Shown here one piece after another: positions 7,455 through 11,981 of a DNA stretch of 11,981 nucleotides. The DNA lies in contig JAYUGC010000107.1 of the NCBI GenBank assembly GCA_043767805.1, positions 1 through 11,981 on the forward strand, read 5' to 3'. Made by a program: the position numbers and the translations under genes. Source of the stretch: Pseudomonadota bacterium (GTDB taxonomy: Bacteria; Bdellovibrionota; FAC87; UBA2466). Position 1 is the stretch's first letter. Each line of letters starts with the position of its first letter. Below the pieces are notes generated by a model, which saw nothing but the letters and a program-made list of their open reading frames with translations, did not search any database and was not told the DNA's origin.

Positions 7455-8796
7455 GAGCTTCCATCCCCCGCGCTACCCGAGGCGCGCCCGTATAGTAGCC
7501 GCGCAAGTTGGAAGCGTGCCCTTCGGTGATTTCCACGTCGATAATCTTGCCTTGGCAGGCCTCGCCCGCGTTCATGACGTGCACGAGCTTCCATTGCGGC
7601 GTGCGCCCGGAAAAATACTTCTTCTTTTTATCGAGCCCCTCGATGAGCACGGGGATCCTCTTGCCGATGAATCCGGCGTTCTCGCGATCGATGCCTTCTT
7701 GCAGCACGGCATTCGCGCGCGCGAGCCGATCCGCTTTAACCGCTTCGGGAATTTCTTCCTCGTAAGCAAAAGCGCGCGTGCCCGGGCGAGGTGAGTACTT
7801 AAAGAGGTACGCTTGTGTGAAGGCGACCTGACGCAGGACCGTCAAGGTGTCCTGAAACTCTTCCTCGGTCTCGCCCGGAAACCCGACGATGACGTCCGTC
7901 GATAAAGAGATCTCGGGGCAATGCTTACGAAGGGCGTCGATCTTGGCCAGATAATCCGCGCGGGTATAGAGCCGCGACATGCGCTTCAAGACGCGATCGT
8001 TACCCGACTGAAACGGCAGATGAAGCTGCGGACAAAGCTTTTCGACGCGCCCGAACTGCTCGATGAGATCTTGGCCGAGATCGCGCGGATGGGACGTCAA
8101 ATAACGGATACGCTCGACGCCCGGAATCTCGTTCGTCTGCTCGATGAGTTGAGCCAAAGTGTGCGGCGTACCCTTGCCGTAGGTATTGATGTTCTGGCCG
8201 AGGAAGGTGATTTCCTTCGTGCCGCGGTGAATGACGTTGCGAACGTCTTCCAGAATTTCGGGAATCGCGCGGCTCTTCTCGCGGCCACGCACGAAGGGAA
8301 CGATGCAGTACGTGCAGAAATGATCGCAGCCCTTGATGATGGTGAGAAATTCCACCGGACGGGCGTTTAAAATTTTCGCGGGCTCTGAGTAGAGCCGGCC
8401 ACCGTCGTCGAACTTCGCTTCGACGACGCGTTTTCCTTGATTCACCACGGAGTCGATGAGCTCACCGACGCGCGTGACGCTATCGGGACCGAACACCAAA
8501 TCGAGATGCGGCACGCGCTGTAAAAGCTCGCGGCCCATGCGCTGACCGAGGCAACCCGAAACGCCGATGACCATGGCGGGGTTCGCGTCCTTCAAAGGCT
8601 TCAACTGGCCGAGAAGCGTCAGTACTTTGTTCTCGGACTTGTCGCGGATGCTGCAGGTATTGAGTAAAACCACGTCCGCGCCCCGGAGCTCTTCGCTCAA
8701 GGAATACCCCTTCTCGGAAAGAACCGCTTTCATGCGGTCCGAGTCGTAAACGTTCATCTGGCAGCCGAACGTTTTGATGTGGACGCTTTTTGACAT
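7447..8796 (-). CDS. miaB: tRNA-2-methylthio-N6-dimethylallyladenosine (ms2i6A37) synthase MiaB
   Basis: UPF0004 domain (TFGCQMNVYDS, NTCSIRDKSENK, VSGC), radical-SAM motif GCDHFCTYC followed by IVPFVRGREKSR, LLGQN-type motif FLGQNINTY, TSHPRD, HLPFQSG, DVIVGFPGET, YSPRPGT and a C-terminal TRAM region. CQMN and TSHP favour MiaB over RimO or MtaB. Confidence 0.96.
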   Translation of the reverse strand: MSKSVHIKTFGCQMNVYDSDRMKAVLSEKGYSLSEELRGADVVLLNTCSIRDKSENKVLTLLGQLKPLKDANPAMVIGVSGCLGQRMGRELLQRVPHLDLVFGPDSVTRVGELIDSVVNQGKRVVEAKFDDGGRLYSEPAKILNARPVEFLTIIKGCDHFCTYCIVPFVRGREKSRAIPEILEDVRNVIHRGTKEITFLGQNINTYGKGTPHTLAQLIEQTNEIPGVERIRYLTSHPRDLGQDLIEQFGRVEKLCPQLHLPFQSGNDRVLKRMSRLYTRADYLAKIDALRKHCPEISLSTDVIVGFPGETEEEFQDTLTVLRQVAFTQAYLFKYSPRPGTRAFAYEEEIPEAVKADRLARANAVLQEGIDRENAGFIGKRIPVLIEGLDKKKKYFSGRTPQWKLVHVMNAGEACQGKIIDVEITEGHASNLRGYYTGAPRVARGMEAHV

Positions 8797-8804
8797 GGCG
8801 GCTG

Positions 8805-8833
8805 AGCTTAGTCAGGCGGTGCGCTATTTTCAA
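8805..8833 (-). promoter_or_regulatory. Sigma70-type promoter for miaB (TTGAAA-17 bp-TAAGCT)
   Basis: On the minus strand: -35 TTGAAA (8833-8828), a 17-bp spacer, -10 TAAGCT (8810-8805), then 8 nt to the ATG at 8796 with no SD. Confidence 0.6.
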
Positions 8834-8857
8834 CCCACGAGGCCCCTCGGGTACAAT
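8829..8857 (+). promoter_or_regulatory. Sigma70-type promoter for the 8865 gene (weak -35 TTCAAC-17 bp-TACAAT)
   Basis: -10 TACAAT at 8852-8857 lies 7 nt upstream of ATG 8865. TTCAAC at 8829-8834 gives 17-bp spacing but is a poor -35 match. Confidence 0.55.
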
Positions 8858-8864
8858 AGAGGAA

Positions 8865-9311
8865 ATGGAAAACCAGCCCCCCACCTCACCCCGCTTGGCC
8901 CCTTGGCTGGCGGGCTTGGTCACGGTCCAAATGGCCATGGCCGGCCTCCTTTATGGGCTCTCCAGCCTGCTTAACCGGGGAACGACGTCGGGCGGAATCA
9001 CCGCGGTCGGACATTTTCTGGGGGCCCAAACCTTGGGCTCACTTCTCGAAACGAAGCACCCCGGCAAGGCGCGGCCTCTACGGCACCTGCTTTCTCTCTG
9101 CGCCATGACCTTTCAGGTCGCCCTCGGGCTCGTTTACTACCTGGCTTTCGGCCTGCCGGACTTAGGTCCCTCCGTGGATCCGAAGAAGATGGGCATGCTC
9201 GCCTTCATCGTGATTCCGGTGACCTCGGGCCTGTCTTATGGATTCACCTGGCTGGGCCTCACGTCCGGCATCCGGGTCATGGAAAAACAACGAGCGAGGA
9301 TGAAGAAATGA
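8865..9311 (+). CDS. Hypothetical membrane protein (148 aa, about 4 TM segments)
   Basis: Start moved to ATG 8865 (MENQPP...) because the track start at 8790 overlaps miaB and the promoter region. It has hydrophobic segments and a basic C-tail, and its stop overlaps the next start (ATGA 9308-9311). Confidence 0.75.
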   Translation: MENQPPTSPRLAPWLAGLVTVQMAMAGLLYGLSSLLNRGTTSGGITAVGHFLGAQTLGSLLETKHPGKARPLRHLLSLCAMTFQVALGLVYYLAFGLPDLGPSVDPKKMGMLAFIVIPVTSGLSYGFTWLGLTSGIRVMEKQRARMKK

Positions 9312-10300
9312 TTTCCTTTCTCTCCCCTGAACGACAAAACCGCGGGCTCGCCCCGAGCTTCGTGCCCAAGACCACGCTTTGGCTATCCGCCCCCGAGGAC
9401 GGCGCCTTGAGAGCGGAAAGGGACGCCGTCGAAGCGCTACTCGCCAAAACCACCGGCTACGCGCACGCAGTCGCCCTCTCGAGCGGCTTCGCGGCCCTAC
9501 AAATCGCCTTGAAAGCCCTTCGCCTGCCCCCGGGTTCCGAGTGCCTCGTGGCCTCGCCGACGGCAAACGAAGCGGCCTCGGTCCTCAGGCTGAAGCCCCT
9601 TCTACTCGACCCGACTTCGCCGCTGACCGCGACGGAAGTCATCGTGCGGCTCACCCCTGCGGTGCGCGCGGTGGTGGTCTCGGCCCCCTTCGGCCGTCAG
9701 GCCGATCTGGAAGCGATTCGCAAAGTGTGCGCGCCCGCCGGCGTTTATGTGGTCGAGGAAAGTGTTTTGGGCCTTCCGAAGGGAAAACAGAACGCGGCTC
9801 TTCTTTCCTTTTCGGCGTGCTCTCTTTTATCCGTGCCGGGCCAAATGGGAGCGCTCCTTACCGACGATCCGATCATGGCGACCCGCGCGCGCGAAGCCCG
9901 GGGACTTTGGCAAGCGGACGCCGATCTCATGTCTTGCGCCTTGATACAGGCAAAGCTCCCTAAGCTCCCCAGCTGGCTATCGCTCCGCCGAAGCATCGCT
10001 CAGTGGTACCTCGCGGCTTTTGAAACGGAGTTCGTGCGCGGCCGAATCGGCCTGCCCGCCTGGCCGGAAAACCCCGCGACCCACGCCTGGGAACAATTCG
10101 CGGTGGGCACCGCCGAGCCGCAAAAGCTCAAAGAGAAACTCCTCCGGGAGGGCGTCGAGACCAACGTTCCGCTCGCCGGTAAGCCCTTTCTCGCCCTTCC
10201 TCTCTATCCCGAGCTCTCTGGCAAGGAAGTACAGTTCGTGGTAGAGCGCATGCAATCGTGTCTGAACCGCGCTTCCACATCGTCCTCCATCAGCCTGTAA
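9308..10300 (+). CDS. DegT/DnrJ/EryC1/StrS aminotransferase-fold protein, degenerate (PLP lysine absent)
   Basis: Family scaffold motifs: HAVALSSGFAALQIALKAL..PG.E, LTPAVRAVVV...FG..ADLEAI...C......VVEE, G..GALLTDD, KL..L......RR.IA..Y, LALPLYPEL...EV..VV. The canonical EDAAQ reads EESVL and SFxxxK reads SFSACS. Confidence 0.85.
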   Translation: MISFLSPERQNRGLAPSFVPKTTLWLSAPEDGALRAERDAVEALLAKTTGYAHAVALSSGFAALQIALKALRLPPGSECLVASPTANEAASVLRLKPLLLDPTSPLTATEVIVRLTPAVRAVVVSAPFGRQADLEAIRKVCAPAGVYVVEESVLGLPKGKQNAALLSFSACSLLSVPGQMGALLTDDPIMATRAREARGLWQADADLMSCALIQAKLPKLPSWLSLRRSIAQWYLAAFETEFVRGRIGLPAWPENPATHAWEQFAVGTAEPQKLKEKLLREGVETNVPLAGKPFLALPLYPELSGKEVQFVVERMQSCLNRASTSSSISL

Positions 10301-10785
10301 TCCCGCAAAACACGGGCTCCATCGCCCGACTTTCGGCGTGCACCGGGGCTCAGCTGCACCTCGTGCATCCCTTGGGATTTAAAACCGACGACGCCGCCGT
10401 GAAACGCGCCGGCCTCGACTACTGGGAACATGTGGCGGTCCGGGAGCACGAGAGCTGGGAAGCTTTTGTGCAGAAGGAAAAACCCGCTCATCTGGCTTTT
10501 TTGAGCAAGTTTTCCACGCAGCCCTATACCGAGATCCCCTGGGATGCTTCGCCGCTCTATCTGATTTTCGGCAGTGAGACCCGCGGTCTTCCGAAGCGGC
10601 TCCATGACGCGCATCCGAATGATTTCTACAATATTCCCATGCGAACGAACCTCGTCCGCAGCCTCAACCTCGCGCAAGCCGCCGGCATCGTTTTGTACGA
10701 AGGCCTGCGGCGGAACGAGTTTCAGACCATCGGCCCATCTCAGGGACATGTCGCGGCCCGCGCCAGCGGACCCGAGGATTTCTAA
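10258..10785 (+). CDS. trmL: tRNA (cytidine/uridine-34 2'-O)-methyltransferase TrmL (SPOUT family)
   Basis: HIVLHQPVIPQNTGSIARL, LHLVHPLGF, KRAGLDYW, FGSETRGLP, IPM...RSLNLAQA..IVLYE. The GTG start overlaps the upstream gene by 43 nt. Confidence 0.94.
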   Translation: MSEPRFHIVLHQPVIPQNTGSIARLSACTGAQLHLVHPLGFKTDDAAVKRAGLDYWEHVAVREHESWEAFVQKEKPAHLAFLSKFSTQPYTEIPWDASPLYLIFGSETRGLPKRLHDAHPNDFYNIPMRTNLVRSLNLAQAAGIVLYEGLRRNEFQTIGPSQGHVAARASGPEDF

Positions 10786-10823
10786 ACTTTTCTCCAGCCT
10801 CAAAGCAGTGATAGAAAGTCCCC

Positions 10824-11645
10824 ATGAAATTCATTTTGGGTTTACTCACTCTGCTCTGGGCGGACTTTGCGACCGCGGCGTACGTCAACGCCGCTCAGGC
10901 CTGTAACGCCCCTGAAAAGGCCACCTATTCCAAATCGGTCGCGGAAGAGCTGGAGTATTTTTGCCGCCTTCCCGAGCGCGTGCAGCGAAACCTCCCGGAG
11001 GGATATTGGTACTCTCCCTTGCAATACCGCGCGTGGCTCAAAGCCCTTCCAACCCGGCCCGCGGCGCGAGCGAACTTTGGAAAATCCATTAAAGAGGGAG
11101 ACGAGATCGTAAACCGCCTCGTGCTCGAGCGCGAAGCTTGCCACTTTTATTCGTCCATCTCGCCCAGCGTGCAAGCCGGTAAAGTCGATCTCGCCGACCC
11201 GCGCACCTTCGTCGTTTTGGATGCGCCGGATCTCCTAGCGAAATGCGAACAGCTCGATACCTACCTGGGCCAGCAAAAACTTCCGCGCTGTTCGGTGGTG
11301 GAGTTCGCGGGCCATTCGATTCAAGCCGCGAGCCTCGATACCGTTTTCGGCGTCGAAGGAGGGCTCCACGCGTACCCTTCCTCCCGCTGGCTCGGCCAAC
11401 TCGGCGCTTGCTTGCGGCGTATTTCCGAGCCTCGCGCCTACGCGGTGTTTAGCACTTGTGGCGGCGATACCGAGCTCCTTGCCGACGGGAGCTACGGGCG
11501 CGCTCATTACTGGCCCGGCAAGGCGCGCGCGCAGAAAAAACTCTCCCACCTTTTCCAGATGCCCATCCTGAGCGGAGTAGGCTCGGTGAGCGGCACGACG
11601 GACGGCGGCGTCTCCAGTCCCGAAGGCTGGCACCTCACCCGCTAA
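10824..11645 (+). CDS. Secreted hypothetical protein (273 aa), possible caspase/hemoglobinase-fold (clan CD-like) domain
   Basis: Signal peptide MKFILGLLTLLWADFATA|A and 7 Cys. VVEFAGH (His 11313-11315) and YAVFSTC (Cys 11457-11459) each follow a hydrophobic beta-strand. The CDS is well supported, but the fold call is tentative. Confidence 0.75.
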   Translation: MKFILGLLTLLWADFATAAYVNAAQACNAPEKATYSKSVAEELEYFCRLPERVQRNLPEGYWYSPLQYRAWLKALPTRPAARANFGKSIKEGDEIVNRLVLEREACHFYSSISPSVQAGKVDLADPRTFVVLDAPDLLAKCEQLDTYLGQQKLPRCSVVEFAGHSIQAASLDTVFGVEGGLHAYPSSRWLGQLGACLRRISEPRAYAVFSTCGGDTELLADGSYGRAHYWPGKARAQKKLSHLFQMPILSGVGSVSGTTDGGVSSPEGWHLTR

Positions 11646-11694
11646 AAAAATGATAGATTAGGGGGCGAAACAGACCATTGGGGTGCCCCAAACT

Positions 11695-11981
11695 ATGAGA
11701 CGCATTGCGGCCCGAGTGCTTCTTCTCGGTTTTTTCTTTTACCCCGTATCCGCCGCCTGGGCGTGGGGAGAGATCGGGCACTTCATCATCGCGCTCGTCG
11801 CTTCCAAAGTCGTCGAGTCGCCGGAGCTGAAAGCTTTTCTCAAAAACCGGGGCCTCATGCTGGGGCACGTCGGCAATATTCCCGACATCTCCTGGCGAGA
11901 TAACCCCGACAAAGACAAAGTCGGAGAGAACAGCCATTTCATCAATCCAGGAGAAACTCCGCTGGAAGATCTCCCCACTAC
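11695..11981 (+). CDS. Secreted S1/P1 nuclease / zinc-dependent phospholipase C superfamily protein, 5' part (runs off the window)
   Basis: Manual translation from ATG 11695: MRRIAARVLLLGFFFYPVSAAWA|WGEIGHFIIALVASKVVESPELKAFLKNRGLMLGHVGNIPDISWRDNPDKDKVGENSHFINPGETPLEDLPT... The mature N-terminus W-G-x-x-G-H, the PD and the HF(I)N carry the Zn-ligand motifs of this superfamily. The frame stays open to the window end. Confidence 0.85.
   Translation, partial: MRRIAARVLLLGFFFYPVSAAWAWGEIGHFIIALVASKVVESPELKAFLKNRGLMLGHVGNIPDISWRDNPDKDKVGENSHFINPGETPLEDLPT

Noticed and set aside
8790..8864. Track start at 8790 for the small membrane protein
   Set aside because: It overlaps the miaB start head-to-head and spans the predicted promoters. 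ATG 8865 fits better.
9308..10300. Calling the DegT-like gene a pseudogene or part of an O-antigen/antibiotic cluster
   Set aside because: There is no frameshift or internal stop, and no glycosyltransferase, dehydratase or epimerase genes occur in the window.
11635..11978. Minus-strand ORFs 11635..11937 and 11739..11978
   Set aside because: They are antisense to the plus-strand S1/P1-like gene, which has a signal peptide and family motifs.
1..11981. CRISPR array, tRNA/rRNA, tandem repeats, Rho-independent terminators, phage or defence genes
   Set aside because: None were recognised by eye. Intergenic gaps are short (at most ~180 bp), with no repeat-spacer pattern and no convincing hairpin plus U-tract. 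A covariance-model search was not possible.

Overview
This is GC-rich bacterial chromosomal DNA. The gene style, with many signal-peptide hypothetical proteins around housekeeping genes, would fit a Bdellovibrionota/deltaproteobacteria-like organism, but that is inference only. The first ~640 bp are two fused transposase remnants: an IS66 fragment joined directly to the 3' end of an ISL3 element. Next is a ~1418-aa signal-peptide protein with four modules: an unknown domain A, an acetyl-CoA hydrolase/family I CoA-transferase, a Ser-His alpha/beta hydrolase, and an unknown domain B. A and B look like two diverged copies of a papain-like 'NC' domain. It is followed by a divergent polytopic membrane protein and a 56-aa secreted peptide. 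On the minus strand are miaB and a gamma-carbonic-anhydrase-family gene. Divergent from miaB, across a 68-bp region with back-to-back and apparently leaderless promoters, run five genes: a small membrane protein, a DegT/DnrJ-fold protein lacking its PLP lysine, trmL, a secreted protein with a caspase-like His/Cys pattern, and the 5' part of a secreted S1/P1 nuclease/Zn-phospholipase-C family gene missing from the ORF track. No rRNA, tRNA or CRISPR array was recognised.
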